Counted from the stretch's first letter, positions 1 to 11,436 are shown. The stretch is DNA of 64,000 bases from Aureliella sp. (GCA_963691875.1 OY829846.1:96001-160000); one strand, 5' to 3'. The notes: generated by a model from the sequence alone, not told the origin. Translations and numbers: made by a program.

Positions 1-782
1 GTTGGAGATCAGGTGAACCGTCGTCTCGTGGCCAGCTGCAAGCAATACAAACGAAGTTGCAACGAGTTCATCGGAACTCAGTTTCTCACCTTCCGATTCT
101 GCTTGAACGAGTTCTGATAGCAATCCGGGGCGTGGGTTCTTGCGAAACAGCTCAAATTGTTGCTCGAGATAGTTCATTACCTTTCGCAAATTGGGAAGCA
201 TGCCGACAATTCCCAGCATGTTGCGAATCTCAGAGAACCCTTGAAACCATTTTGTGAACTTGGGGCGGTCTTCTTGTGGTAGCCCCAAGACTTCACAAAT
301 TACAGCGAGTGGCAGTTGTCGGCAAAAAATATCCAACGCGTCCGCCGATTTGTCTTTGCTCTTCGAGGCTTGCTGCTCAAACTGGTCGAGCATTTGGTCA
401 CAGATGGCTTGGATTCTCGGACGCAGTCCTTCCACCTTGCTTCGCAAGAACGCTTGGTCTGCGATTCCCCGCATGCGTCTATGTTCCTCTTGATCGTAGC
501 CAGCATGTTGTTCGCGAGCCGCATGAACCTTTTCGGGACCCACCACGGTAGACCGGCAACACCGCGTTTGCCAACACGTCTCGGATCACGCCCGAATCTT
601 TCTTGGTCACGCAAGACGGTATTGGCTGCATCCCACGAAGTAGCTAGCCACAGCTTGTTGAAGAAGAGTATTTTGGTTCGGCAAACAGGGCCATCAGCCA
701 GCATCTGCTGATACATCGGAATGGGATTCCGGGCCGTGGCAAGGCTCGTCAGCGGATACTTATTGATAGCGGAGGTAGACAT
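1..782 (-). pseudogene. Cytochrome P450, frameshifted near 500, runs off the left edge
   Basis: ORF 300..782 gives a P450-like N-terminus up to NMLA. A second frame continues ..DQEEHRRMRGIADQAF..LPLAVICEVLGLP.. and the I-helix motif LLAAGHETTVHLISN is read at 1-45. One-base frameshift, real or sequencing error. Confidence 0.8.
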
Positions 783-841
783 AAGCGGTTCAATTGAACG
801 CGTAAAGTCTCAACACACTCGAAGGCGTCCTGACGCTATGA

Positions 842-1885
842 TCACTTGCAATCAACCCACTGACCTTTTTCGGCCGATTGTTGCAAGCACTGACAGATAT
901 GAATCGCGTCGCGGGCTACAGCTCCACCCAACCGTGCTTCAACGCTGCCAGTTTCGATCGATCTCACAGCATCGTCAATCTCGGCAGCAAATGCCGAGAT
1001 TTCATCACCACTTTTCAGCTCGGGTTTCGACGAAACGCCGTCTTGGCCGAGCAGTAACAATGGCAGGATCTCGACATCTGAATTCAATGCTGCGAGCTCA
1101 AACTGCATTGCCGCTTTCTCAAACTGGATTTCGAAACCGTGGCAGAACGGTCGAGCAGTTTGGTTGCTCACTCCGCTACTAGTGCTAACCATCACACCGG
1201 AATCTTCAAACTCCATCAACGAGTAACAATACTTCACCAAGCCGTCTTGCATTTCGGCCGTACACATAACGCGGCTCGGCATGCCAAACAACAGACGAAC
1301 GAAATGAGTGTCATGGACATGCAGATCGATGAGCGGTCCGCCGACCTCGCTGGAGTCGTAGAAGTTGGGAATCCAGGCTGGAGGGGAGATCACGCGCTTC
1401 AGATGAGCTCGTTTAGGCTGGCCGTACGTTCCAGCACCGGCGGCGCGATATGCAAATTGATATTCGCCCATGTAGGGAAGAACTTGAGCAACCAAGACCT
1501 GTTTTCCCGCCTTTTGAGCGGCTTCGAGAATTGTGTCGCAGTCGGCCGTGTTTAATCCCAAAGGTTTTTCGCAAAGCACATGTTTGCCAGCGGCCAAGGC
1601 GCGGCATGCTGCGTCAACGTGCAGGTTCGGTGGCAAGCATATGTCTACCAAATCGATTTTGGGGTCGTCCAAGATTCCGTCGAGCGTCTCGTAGACATCG
1701 AGGTTCTCTACTGAAATCTGCTCGCCCGGAGGCCCAAAGTTGCCTTTGATGCTGGTCCAGTCGCCGGCTCGCTTGTCGGAATTTCGCGAGCAGAAAGCAG
1801 CAAGCTCTGCTGATTGCGAACGTTGGTAAGCGAGATAGTGAATCCAGCCCATAAAACCGACACCAACAATCGCACTTTTCAACAT
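842..1885 (-). CDS. Gfo/Idh/MocA family oxidoreductase
   Basis: GVGFMG Rossmann motif, AGKHVLCEKP, DLHVHD. Confidence 0.92.
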   Translation of the reverse strand: MLKSAIVGVGFMGWIHYLAYQRSQSAELAAFCSRNSDKRAGDWTSIKGNFGPPGEQISVENLDVYETLDGILDDPKIDLVDICLPPNLHVDAACRALAAGKHVLCEKPLGLNTADCDTILEAAQKAGKQVLVAQVLPYMGEYQFAYRAAGAGTYGQPKRAHLKRVISPPAWIPNFYDSSEVGGPLIDLHVHDTHFVRLLFGMPSRVMCTAEMQDGLVKYCYSLMEFEDSGVMVSTSSGVSNQTARPFCHGFEIQFEKAAMQFELAALNSDVEILPLLLLGQDGVSSKPELKSGDEISAFAAEIDDAVRSIETGSVEARLGGAVARDAIHICQCLQQSAEKGQWVDCK

Positions 1886-2104
1886 TTTCCGCCACTCGCA
1901 CTCGTACAGACAACATTCATTGCGTTAAACCACATGGGCCGGCCAAATGGCAACGCGTTCAGGTTCATGATTCTCGCAAGGACCGGCTTTCTTTACAACT
2001 CGACTGAACACACAAAGCGAGTTTCCACAGCTAGACTGGAAACAAGTGCGTTCTGGGCGGTACAATCCCACGGCACCCTTGCCCAGATTTGACCAGGATA
2101 CGGA

Positions 2105-2875
2105 ATGAATACCTCGCCAAGGAATACTTTTGCAATGAAAAACGTGATCTACCTTTCCGCTACGCTCGCTGCGATCCTGCTCTATGGAAGTGCTTCGGCG
2201 CAGGAAACGGGTACTCTACCCATGGCGTTGAAGCCTGAAGTGCAGACGGCTAAGTGGGCGCAGAGCTGGTGGATGCCTCGGCATGAAGCCAAGCTGAAAG
2301 AACGCAAGGAGATGAAGCAAATCGACTTGCTAATGATTGGCGACTCAATCACGCACGGTTGGGAAAACAACGGCAGAGAAATGTGGGCGAAGTACTACGC
2401 TCCTCGTAATGCTCTCAACATCGGCTTCAGCGGTGATCGAACCGAGCAAGTGCTTTGGCGATTTGAGCATGGTGAGATTGACGATATCAACCCCAAGCTA
2501 GCTGTGATCATGATCGGGACGAACAATACCGGCCACCGCCAAGACCCTCCGAAGGATACGGCGGCTGGTGTTGAAGCGATCATTGAGCAGTTACATCAGA
2601 AACACCCCAAGACAAAAGTCCTATTGTTGGCAATCTTTCCGCGAGGGGCAAAGCCAGACGACAAGCTTCGGAAGATCAACGACGAAATCAACCAGCTGCT
2701 CGCGAAGATGGCAGACGAAGAAAAAGTTTTCTACTTGGACCTAGCCGATTCCTTCTTGGGTGACGACGGCACGCTACCAAAGAGCATCATGCCCGACCTG
2801 CTACACCCCAACAAAAAAGGTTACCAGATCTGGGCGGAGGCGATGGAGCCGATGATTGCGAGGCTGATGAAGTAG
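2105..2875 (+). CDS. Exported GDSL/SGNH hydrolase (PAF-acetylhydrolase-like)
   Basis: IGDSIT, GFSGD, IGTNN, DLLHP blocks; signal peptide. Confidence 0.92.
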   Translation: MNTSPRNTFAMKNVIYLSATLAAILLYGSASAQETGTLPMALKPEVQTAKWAQSWWMPRHEAKLKERKEMKQIDLLMIGDSITHGWENNGREMWAKYYAPRNALNIGFSGDRTEQVLWRFEHGEIDDINPKLAVIMIGTNNTGHRQDPPKDTAAGVEAIIEQLHQKHPKTKVLLLAIFPRGAKPDDKLRKINDEINQLLAKMADEEKVFYLDLADSFLGDDGTLPKSIMPDLLHPNKKGYQIWAEAMEPMIARLMK

Positions 2876-2885
2876 CGCTTAGTCG

Positions 2886-4103
2886 CTAATTGGCGGCTTC
2901 CTCTTGAACTCGGTCGACGATATGTCGGCCGATTTCGAGTGATGCCGTCGCTGCTGGGCTAGGTGCGTTACAAACATGCACCATATTTTGCCCTGTTACC
3001 CATAAGAAGTCATCCACCATCGATCCATCGGGTGTAAGAGCTTGTGCTCGGACGCCCGCGCGGCACGGCTTTAGATCCGCCGCCTGAATTTCTGGAATGA
3101 GTCGCTGCAGTGCTCTGACAAAAGCCGCTTTAGACAGCGATCGGTGCACCTCCCCGAGACCCATTCGCCAATGTGCGAAGGCGAGTTTTAGAAAACCACC
3201 ATAAGTCAAAGATTCGGCTAACTCACCGGGGTGAATCTTTCCCCAAGAGTAGCCTTCTCGAGCGAGGGCGAAAACCGCGTTTGGTCCACACTCGACGTCG
3301 CCACCTACCATGCGTGTGAAGTGAACTCCCAGGAACGGAAAATTTGGGTCAGGCACGGGATAGATCAAGTGGCGACAGAGGTCGCGCCGGCTCTCGACTA
3401 GCTCAAAATACTCGCCGCGAAACGGGACGATCTTTGCTGGCGGATTCAATCCTGCTTTCCTAGCAAGTCGATCGCTATATAGGCCTGCGCAGGAGACCAA
3501 GAAACCAGCTCGACAGGACCCAGTTTTGGTTTTCACTTCTACTTCATTGTTTGAAGCGACGATGTCCTCTACTTTGCAGCCCATGAGAACGTTGTGCCCG
3601 GCTTCGGTGAGCAATTGCGATAGCCGTTCGCAAACCGCTGGATAATCAACGATCCCCGCTTCTGGAACAAGGATCGCTTTGACACCTCGCACGTTTGGCT
3701 CGCGTTCCTTCAATTGCTTCTCGTCGATGATCTCACATCGAATTCCATTTTCGCGGCCGCGAGAGTAAATATTGTCGAGTCGCTGTACCTCTTCATCGTC
3801 TACCGCAACGATTACTTTGCCGCAGTTTTCGAAAGCGATCTCGTGCTCGCGGCAAAATGCTTCCATTGCCAATTTGCCTTCGCGGCAAGTCGTGGCTTTC
3901 AAGGATCCAGGCTTGTAGTAGATTCCTGAGTGCAGGACTCCGGAATTTCGACCTGACTGATGCGCTGCTAGCTTTGGTTCTTTCTCGATGACTCTAATAC
4001 TTGCATCTGGGAATCTTTGGCTTATCTGCCATGCAGTTGCGAGGCCCACAATGCCGCCACCGACGACAATGAAATCAGAATGTTGATCAGAATGGGTAGA
4101 CAT
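2886..4103 (-). CDS. lhgO: L-2-hydroxyglutarate oxidase (FAD-dependent)
   Basis: GGGIVG, HQSGRNSGVLHSGIYY, PFRGEY, PFLGVHFT, NAPSPAATAS. Confidence 0.92.
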   Translation of the reverse strand: MSTHSDQHSDFIVVGGGIVGLATAWQISQRFPDASIRVIEKEPKLAAHQSGRNSGVLHSGIYYKPGSLKATTCREGKLAMEAFCREHEIAFENCGKVIVAVDDEEVQRLDNIYSRGRENGIRCEIIDEKQLKEREPNVRGVKAILVPEAGIVDYPAVCERLSQLLTEAGHNVLMGCKVEDIVASNNEVEVKTKTGSCRAGFLVSCAGLYSDRLARKAGLNPPAKIVPFRGEYFELVESRRDLCRHLIYPVPDPNFPFLGVHFTRMVGGDVECGPNAVFALAREGYSWGKIHPGELAESLTYGGFLKLAFAHWRMGLGEVHRSLSKAAFVRALQRLIPEIQAADLKPCRAGVRAQALTPDGSMVDDFLWVTGQNMVHVCNAPSPAATASLEIGRHIVDRVQEEAAN

Positions 4104-4106
4104 GAC

Positions 4107-6044
4107 TTAGAATGGCCAGATGAGTGGGATCAGAACTACAGCGAAACTGCCGATAAGCAGAGTGAATGGCAACCCTGCACGAAGATAATCTTTGGGACGA
4201 TATCCGCCAGGGCCCATTACCATCAGGTTTGTTTGATAGCCGATTGGCGAAACGAAGCTTAACGAAGCGGCGAGCGTAACGGTAATAATGAAGGGACGCG
4301 GATCCACTTGTAGGTTGCTCGCCATGCCAAAGGCGATCGAAATCATGAGAGCAGCAACTGCCACGTTACTGATTATCTCCGTAAAAATGACTGTGATGAG
4401 AAACAGAGCAGAGAGTGCGGAGTACGGATTGCTCCCAATCGCACTTACGACTGCCCAAGCAACTGTGTCCGCCGCACCGCAAAGGTGTACAGCACGGCCG
4501 ACGCCTATCGCAGCGCCAATCGTCAGCAGCATGGGAACGTCGATCGCATTCCTTGCGTTGGAAGTGGATAAACAACCGGTCACTATCATCCCCATCGCCG
4601 CGACAAAAATGGCTGCCGATGGAGAAGTCCAAAATGAAGGAACGTCGGTACCGTACAGCGGAGTTAGCCAAGTTTTCAGCCAAGGCATGCACAGGAGCCA
4701 GCCAATAAGCGCAATCGTAATGGAACTCGCGAGAAGCATCTTTCCTGGTCTTCTCTCTTCGATTTCGTCAACGCCGCTGACGAGATAAAAGTCTGGCCTG
4801 TTGCGAAAGTTACGTATGAATCCGGGAGCAGCCTGAAGCAGAAGCGTATCACCTGCTTGCATCTTGATATCGCCAATCTTCGTCTGCAATCGTTCACCAT
4901 TGCGATGCACCGCAATGACGGCTGCATTGTACAGCCTGCGAAAGTTGGCATTGCGAATGGTGCTGCCCAATAGAGGTGAAGAGGGGCTCAGAACCACCTC
5001 GGCGAGACTGCGATTGCTGTCTGGATTGGGTTCGAACTCGGCAGTCAAATCGCTGGCGGGAACCAGACCACGCACTTTCTTTAAGTCGACGATGCTAGAC
5101 AATATGCCAGTGAATAGTAAACGGTCGCCTTCCTTGAGCCGCGCTGACGGCGAGACGGGGTAGAAGACATCGCCGTCTCGATCGAGTTCGACGAGAAACA
5201 GACCAGGCAAATGCCTGAGTCCCCCCTGCTCCACTGTCTTGCCAATCAACGGACACTCGTCCATCACGACCATTTCGACCAAATACTCTCGTCGCTGGTC
5301 TTCTAGACTGCCTAGCATTTCGGTGCGGTTGGGCAGCAGCCTTCTTCCTAGCAGCAACAGCATAACGGCGCCGAGAAGGGCACAGGGTATTCCAATTTTC
5401 GAGATCTCGAACATCGACATGGGAGCAAAGGAGGCCCTGTATTCCCGAAGCCAGTTGCGATCGTACTTGTTCAAGATGGACTCAGCACGAAACTGCTGTT
5501 CCGCGTCAAGTTGTACCAACTCGCCATCGATCTGATTCAAGGTTTCGTTTACGAGGAGATTCGTGCTGGTGCCAACGAGAGTGCACGTGCCGCCAAGAAT
5601 GGCCATGTAGCTGATCGGCAGCAATAATCGCGAGGGGCTGATACTGTGCCTTCGGCACCACTGAACAACCTGTGGCATCAGCATCGCAACGATTGCCGTG
5701 TTGAGTAGGAAGGCACTGCCCGCACCGACCGCTGCGACCAAACGAAACATAGCCAAGCCTTCGGATCGAACAGAGCCCAACAAGACTCTGCCCAGATGAT
5801 CCAGCACACCCGAGGTTTGTAAGCCCGCGGTCACCACCAAGAGGCTACCAATCGCAATCACCGTACCATTCGCGAAGCCCTCCCACGCTTGGCTTGGTTC
5901 GATCAGTCCGCAGAAGACAAACAAGCCGAGGGCAAGACTGAACAGGATCTCCAGCGGCGCGCTCCGCCTCACATACAATACAGTGAATACAGCGACGATG
6001 GTCGACAGAGCTATCAGGATTTGAATCGATTGATTCTGAAACAC
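4107..6044 (-). CDS. SLC13/CitMHS-type permease with two TrkA-C domains
   Basis: LGGTCTLVGTSTNL, SPIGYQTNLMV, many TM segments flanking soluble TrkA-C repeats. Confidence 0.88.
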   Translation of the reverse strand: MFQNQSIQILIALSTIVAVFTVLYVRRSAPLEILFSLALGLFVFCGLIEPSQAWEGFANGTVIAIGSLLVVTAGLQTSGVLDHLGRVLLGSVRSEGLAMFRLVAAVGAGSAFLLNTAIVAMLMPQVVQWCRRHSISPSRLLLPISYMAILGGTCTLVGTSTNLLVNETLNQIDGELVQLDAEQQFRAESILNKYDRNWLREYRASFAPMSMFEISKIGIPCALLGAVMLLLLGRRLLPNRTEMLGSLEDQRREYLVEMVVMDECPLIGKTVEQGGLRHLPGLFLVELDRDGDVFYPVSPSARLKEGDRLLFTGILSSIVDLKKVRGLVPASDLTAEFEPNPDSNRSLAEVVLSPSSPLLGSTIRNANFRRLYNAAVIAVHRNGERLQTKIGDIKMQAGDTLLLQAAPGFIRNFRNRPDFYLVSGVDEIEERRPGKMLLASSITIALIGWLLCMPWLKTWLTPLYGTDVPSFWTSPSAAIFVAAMGMIVTGCLSTSNARNAIDVPMLLTIGAAIGVGRAVHLCGAADTVAWAVVSAIGSNPYSALSALFLITVIFTEIISNVAVAALMISIAFGMASNLQVDPRPFIITVTLAASLSFVSPIGYQTNLMVMGPGGYRPKDYLRAGLPFTLLIGSFAVVLIPLIWPF

Positions 6045-6548
6045 GTTGGTTCTGTTCGCTTTGGTACAAGCTGCTTACTCTATGCCAATTTAATCCAAGC
6101 AGTCTAGAAGTCGCGTCTCCAGGCGAACTTTCACACTGGTTCCCACTTGTAAGTTGGTGGTCGGACGAATTGAACTCTAATAGAGGATTCAGGCTGTTTC
6201 CAATGGGTAGAGCTTCCGATCGACTTTGCTCCATTCCTGCAGTTTTTGCGGTCGAAGCATACGAGCTTAGCATAACCCGTGGCTTCGCTTCGGCCGTCAT
6301 GCCAGCGCAAATCCCTACAATCGTCATCGGCAGAGCAGCAAGAAATAGCGGTAGGAATGTTCTAGAAAGAGTCTTTGAGCGGTCTGCCCTAAGGAGTTTG
6401 TAACTTCTAGGTAAAAGGACCGAATAGCGAATCCAGGTAAGTTCGATAAGTTCTTCCGACAGGCAAAGACTGAACGCTCCGTTGCCCGTTTCAGTCAATT
6501 TTCTCCTACCAAATTCAACTTTCGCCTTGCCCCACAAGGAGCAATCTC

Positions 6549-7631
6549 TTGTTGAAAACGAGCCTCATACGCATCGTCCTCCGCGTCGCCTTCACCACGC
6601 TGGTGACGAGCAATTTGACACTCAAGCTAGCCGCCCATGACCATCTTGAAGCTCATTGGTCGAACGAACATATCAAAACATCATGCTTCACATGTGAGTC
6701 GGACTTGACGCCCGATGTCGCCTCGAAAACAAAGGCTTGGCGACACTCCCTCTCCTCGAGCTACAACTTGCTGCGTAATGGGGTAAGCCGACTGCAAAAC
6801 CTTTTTGAATATCTCCAACCGTTTGAACTCGCCGCCAAACTGGCGTCGCAGATTCCGACTCAACCTGCTGACCGCCAGAATGAGCTTGTCGTGAGCAAGC
6901 CTTTGGAGGGATTTGCGCCGCGACCGAAGGCGAAGCCTCTACAGCTAAACTATCTCTACGCGACGCATGTTGGTAATTGGGATGAACCCTACTTGCCATA
7001 TGACCTAGCGGCAAGGGACCGGCATTTCGGCACTCGACTTGAACTTCTCGCGATTCGCGAAAGTGCACCTGAAGTAAGTAGTGAAGCAGACTTTGCTCCC
7101 ACAGAAGAACAAGATCTATTATCTCGATTTGTCGCATTCGCGAAGGAACGATTGCTTGATCCTCAGTGGGCGAGTTTCAAGCGGAAGATCGAGGGGCAGG
7201 CGGAGTCGATCCTCGCGAGCGTGCAGTCACATGGTCTACGAGTGTTTGAAGGTCGGAGTGCGCCGGAAACTAGTAAGCCTTATTTTGAACAGCCTAGTTT
7301 CGTCTTTCTCGAGCTCGAGGACGGAAAACAGCTGCTGTTGAAAGTGGAGGACGCGTTGCGATGGAGTTTCTTTCAACAGCACGAGTCTGTTGCGGTAGAA
7401 TCTGCTTCCGGCACCGAAGGAGATCTGTTCGCTGCCCTGATAGGCATCATCTCAAAAGTGAACAAAGAATTGAAAGAGATGGCCGGATTCAGCGTGCAAA
7501 AATTGAAATGCGGCTGGTCAAATGTTCGCGATGGCATTGAAAGTTGGTCGGCGGGTTTGGAGACGCTGACTCAACAAATGCGAATGGCAACCCAAGTTCG
7601 CTTTTACCGCGGGACACGTTGCCTTCGGTAG
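6549..7631 (+). CDS. Hypothetical protein, possibly exported
   Basis: 360-aa ORF with N-terminal hydrophobic segment; no motif recognised. Confidence 0.6.
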   Translation: MLKTSLIRIVLRVAFTTLVTSNLTLKLAAHDHLEAHWSNEHIKTSCFTCESDLTPDVASKTKAWRHSLSSSYNLLRNGVSRLQNLFEYLQPFELAAKLASQIPTQPADRQNELVVSKPLEGFAPRPKAKPLQLNYLYATHVGNWDEPYLPYDLAARDRHFGTRLELLAIRESAPEVSSEADFAPTEEQDLLSRFVAFAKERLLDPQWASFKRKIEGQAESILASVQSHGLRVFEGRSAPETSKPYFEQPSFVFLELEDGKQLLLKVEDALRWSFFQQHESVAVESASGTEGDLFAALIGIISKVNKELKEMAGFSVQKLKCGWSNVRDGIESWSAGLETLTQQMRMATQVRFYRGTRCLR

Positions 7632-7807
7632 GTTTCAAACCCGCAACTCGGCTCAGAGACCCTGGATGAGCCGACCACGATGATGCCACAGATGTGGCAT
7701 GCAGACACGCCCTCCCCATCCGTGTCGGCCTCTCCCTAAATGTAGCTCAAGCGGGCCAGAATTGATCCGTGGCAATTCTGGCCCGCTTTGTCGGTTTGAG
7801 CGCCGGA

Positions 7808-8140
7808 TTATTGTCCAGCGTCCCCATCCTTCTCGCCGCCATGTGCTCCGGCGTCATCGTCACCTTCGGCGTGTCCCTTACCGTGGTCGTCTCCGTCATG
7901 GTCATGGCCCTTGCCTTCTGCCTTCCCGTGCTCGCCATCGTCCTCGTCATGCCCTTCTCCCTCGGCATGGTCATCTCCATGATCGTGGCCGTGATCTCCG
8001 TGGTCGTGCTCGCCGTGATCGTCCTCGCCGTGGGCTTCGCCACCGTTCGGAGTTACGGACTCGGGAGATTCCGCAGGACCTGGGTCGCAACCCAACTGAA
8101 AGGCAGCAAGCAGTGCAATCAAAAGTCCGAAGTAACGCAT
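7808..8140 (-). CDS. Small His/Asp/Gly-rich putative lipoprotein
   Basis: MRYFGLLIALLAAFQLGC lipobox-like signal followed by HGEDDHGEHDHGDHGHDH tract. Confidence 0.75.
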   Translation of the reverse strand: MRYFGLLIALLAAFQLGCDPGPAESPESVTPNGGEAHGEDDHGEHDHGDHGHDHGDDHAEGEGHDEDDGEHGKAEGKGHDHDGDDHGKGHAEGDDDAGAHGGEKDGDAGQ

Positions 8141-8387
8141 TTTCTATTCTCTCGTATGGGTTGGAAATCAATCAACGGTTCGTCACAAGTGAGTGGTCAC
8201 GTACGTCTGATTATAGGGTTGCGAGCTGGTTTGTGCAGAGACAACGGTCGCATTTTGCAGGGCAGGCATTGACTCACAAGTAAGTGAGCAGAACGCGGTA
8301 GTTAAAGCCCTCTGCATTTCTGCAGCGGGCCTGGCATGCCGAAGCACGTAAGAAAAATACTGAGGCATATCTCAGGATGCGGAGTAT

Positions 8388-9116
8388 CTAAAGCGTTTGC
8401 ATTTGTGTAACTGCCTCTGCGGCTTCTTCAGAATCAGTTGTATCGCAAACGACTTCGCCGTCACGCATCACGATATTGCGCCGCGCATTACGAGCAACAG
8501 CCAAATCGTGAGTTACAAGAATGACGGTAAGATTCTTTTCGCGATTGAGCTTCTCAAACAACTCAATGACTTCTCGGCTGGTCTTCGTATCGAGATTTCC
8601 CGTGGGCTCGTCACCCATCAAGATGTTCGGGTTAGTAGAAAGTGCTCGAGCAATGGCGACGCGTTGCTGCTGTCCGCCGGAGAGCTGTCCAGGGTGGTGA
8701 TCCATACGATCGCCGAGACCAACCAAATCCAGCATCTCGGAGGCAACACTACGCCGCTTCCGCTGAGACTTGGTCGCGCCGTAGAGCAACGGGAGCTCGA
8801 CATTTTCGAGTGCTGAAGTACGAGCCAACAAATTGAAGTTCTGAAAGACAAAACCAATCTGGCGATTGCGGATGCGCGCTCTTGCGTCTCGTGACATCGG
8901 CACGACGTTGCTGCCGTCAAGAAAATAGTCGCCTTGCGTGGGGCGATCGAGGCAGCCTAGCGTGTTCATGAGCGTCGATTTGCCGGAGCCTGAGGGCCCG
9001 ATCAACGCGACGTATTCGCCTTTTTCGATTGAAAGCGTGACACCGCGCAGGGCGTGTACCTCCATCTCGCCCATGCGATACACTTTGGCAACATCAGTTA
9101 GTTCAATCAATGCCAT
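8388..9116 (-). CDS. ABC transporter ATP-binding protein (MacB/LolD-like)
   Basis: GPSGSGKST, LSGGQQQRV, DEPTGNLD, VTHD. Confidence 0.95.
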   Translation of the reverse strand: MALIELTDVAKVYRMGEMEVHALRGVTLSIEKGEYVALIGPSGSGKSTLMNTLGCLDRPTQGDYFLDGSNVVPMSRDARARIRNRQIGFVFQNFNLLARTSALENVELPLLYGATKSQRKRRSVASEMLDLVGLGDRMDHHPGQLSGGQQQRVAIARALSTNPNILMGDEPTGNLDTKTSREVIELFEKLNREKNLTVILVTHDLAVARNARRNIVMRDGEVVCDTTDSEEAAEAVTQMQTL

Positions 9117-9275
9117 GGTGCACTTTCAATCAGGGCGATCTCGGGGCAATTCGCAAGCTTGTGGCCCGTCAATGCGAGCTTGCTTCTACCTTCGGAATTG
9201 AAGACTACTGCAGATTGTCACTCAAACTTTCGATCAGAGCTACTCGGGTAAGGAGTCTTGGAGGTTTCTTCTTCG

Positions 9276-11141
9276 TTAGATTTCTGCAGGATCTTGGGAG
9301 ATTGGTCCTGTGTCGCCCTCCGGCTGAGATGATGGCTCATCGCCGGAATTTATCTCAACTTCCCCGCCGGATGATTTTTCGGTTTCAGGTGATTCACTGT
9401 CGTCGCCTGATTTCTCTTCCGAGCTTGCACTGGATTCGGCATTGCTCTTTGCCTCCGCCTCGAGTTTAGCCTTTGGAGCTGCAGCTTCAGCTTCCGCCTT
9501 TGCTTTTTCTTCTGCAGCGAGTCGGGCTCGCTCTCGTGCCTCAGCTTCCTGAGCAGCCAATTTAGCTTCGATTTGAGTAATGAATTTCTCTTGGCTCTCC
9601 GCCATCTTTTCATCGCCGAGCTTGCGGTAGGCGTTCGCGACCCGACGGCGAAAGTCGACTCGCATCGGTAGCAGCTGGATTGCGGTTTCGTAGGCAGTGA
9701 TTGCACGTTCTACGTCGTTGCCTTTCATCAGCAAGGTACCGTAAGTATCAAAATAATCTCCGTTCGGAGTCTTTGCTCCTACTGCGATTTGGATGGCTCG
9801 CTCACAAAGCTTGATCGCTTCATCATTTTTCTCTGGATCCAGTGCGCTGGTCACATAAGCCAAATTGTTCAGCGATTGATGGTCCAATGGTAGCTTGGTG
9901 ACGACTTGCTTAAGGTGCGGCAAGGCGAGTTGCAATTGCCGCTGAACCAAATAGGCCTCTGCCAGCCAGCGGTGCGTAATTCCAGTGGCAGTGCCGCGAT
10001 TGACCAAGTCACGTAGTTTGTCGAACATCTCGTCGCTGACTTGTGGTCCGCTGAAACGAATCAGCTTCGCAATCTCTTCTCCGATTTTTGGATTGGTTGG
10101 ATCGTAACTGTACGCTCGATCAAGTAGCTGAATATTGACATCCATAATCATGTCTGGCGTCGTCATACTCTGCAGGAATCGATACCGGTACAATTCCGAA
10201 AGCCCTCGACTGATAGCGTCGGTTCTTTCGGGAGCATCTAGAAGAAGTTTTTCGGCTTCCTCTATTTTGTCCGCCATAGATTTGCATTCAGCCAAATTCA
10301 GTCGCGCGAGCATGTCTTGAGGATTCTCGCTTAACATCTTTTCGAAGACAGCAGTCGCATTGGAAACGGCTGAATTGCCGACGACCCTATTTCCCAGAAT
10401 CCGCGCGCGTCGCGCTAGCTCAAGATTCAACGTTGGGTCCGAGCTGGCAGCAGAGGTCAAGAGTTTCAAGGAAGCTTGCCGATAGCCAAGTTGCGATTCT
10501 GGATCAATTCGAATATTCGCCGCAGCCCAATACAGATCACTTCCTGCCTTCAGGAGTTCTAACGGCAGCCGATCTTGTTTTCGTGCTTGTTCTAGGTGAT
10601 GTAGTATTAAAGGAAGATTTTCGCGCAGTTCTTGCTGGGTGCTATCCTGGATCATTCGCAAGGCGACGAAGGAGTGAGCCATGGGCAGACCTTCTCCATC
10701 ATCGGGAGCGAGCTCATCCAGGATCTCATTGGCCTCTGCATCTGCTCCTCGCTGCGCCAAGCTAGCGGCGATGAAAAATCGGCTCCGGTCGTTAGGGGCC
10801 AACTGTTCGACTCGGCGGAAGAGCATGTCAGCGTATGCGGTAATCCGAGCCGGCGCGGCCTCCTCGGTGTCCGCAGCGGCTTCCTTCAGCTCATTCTCTC
10901 CAATCCATCTGTCTTCCCAAGCCGCAACCTCTTTCTGAGCGAGACCGGCGTACCAGCGTGTTAAATCTTTCTGGGTGCGTCCTCCTCCTGCCGTGCAAAA
11001 CAGTGCAAGAGCTGTCGCCAGAATGGCTGGCAATGCAAAGAGTCCGATCTGTTTCCATGGACGGGAAAACACGAAATCGTAGAAGACCCCGACCATGGGA
11101 ATGAAGAGCTTCGTTAGGTCCATTGACATAGTTTGCTCCAC
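9276..11141 (-). CDS. Membrane-anchored TPR protein
   Basis: N-terminal TM helix, TPR-like repeats (LNNLAY..DTYG), low-complexity acidic tail. Confidence 0.8.
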   Translation of the reverse strand: MEQTMSMDLTKLFIPMVGVFYDFVFSRPWKQIGLFALPAILATALALFCTAGGGRTQKDLTRWYAGLAQKEVAAWEDRWIGENELKEAAADTEEAAPARITAYADMLFRRVEQLAPNDRSRFFIAASLAQRGADAEANEILDELAPDDGEGLPMAHSFVALRMIQDSTQQELRENLPLILHHLEQARKQDRLPLELLKAGSDLYWAAANIRIDPESQLGYRQASLKLLTSAASSDPTLNLELARRARILGNRVVGNSAVSNATAVFEKMLSENPQDMLARLNLAECKSMADKIEEAEKLLLDAPERTDAISRGLSELYRYRFLQSMTTPDMIMDVNIQLLDRAYSYDPTNPKIGEEIAKLIRFSGPQVSDEMFDKLRDLVNRGTATGITHRWLAEAYLVQRQLQLALPHLKQVVTKLPLDHQSLNNLAYVTSALDPEKNDEAIKLCERAIQIAVGAKTPNGDYFDTYGTLLMKGNDVERAITAYETAIQLLPMRVDFRRRVANAYRKLGDEKMAESQEKFITQIEAKLAAQEAEARERARLAAEEKAKAEAEAAAPKAKLEAEAKSNAESSASSEEKSGDDSESPETEKSSGGEVEINSGDEPSSQPEGDTGPISQDPAEI

Positions 11142-11436
11142 GCAATCTGCGTGATTCGGGCGAATGAAGTTAGGTTGGGCTCGCCTTCGGCTTTCGGAAA
11201 AATGCCGTTTTAAGCGAGTCGGGGATCCAAGGGAGGCAAACTGTACGGCCTCTCCATAAAGTGAAGTTCAGTCGATCGCGGCAATTCGCATTTTGACGCT
11301 CGTTTCAGAGCTCGCCTCTTCCTATAATATTAGCCATCCTTCTGTTTCTACGCGAGAAGCAATCGTTCCCACCCTAAACCCAAACTCCGTTTCGTGCGGC
11401 TCGTTAGGGTTTTGACGAGATTGAAGAGAAGATCCC

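Noticed and set aside
5845..6537. 230-aa minus-strand ORF
   Set aside because: Overlaps the permease start out of frame and has no protein-like motifs.
7699..8283. Hydrophobic and Arg-rich ORFs on the + strand
   Set aside because: Shadow frames of the His-rich lipoprotein repeat.
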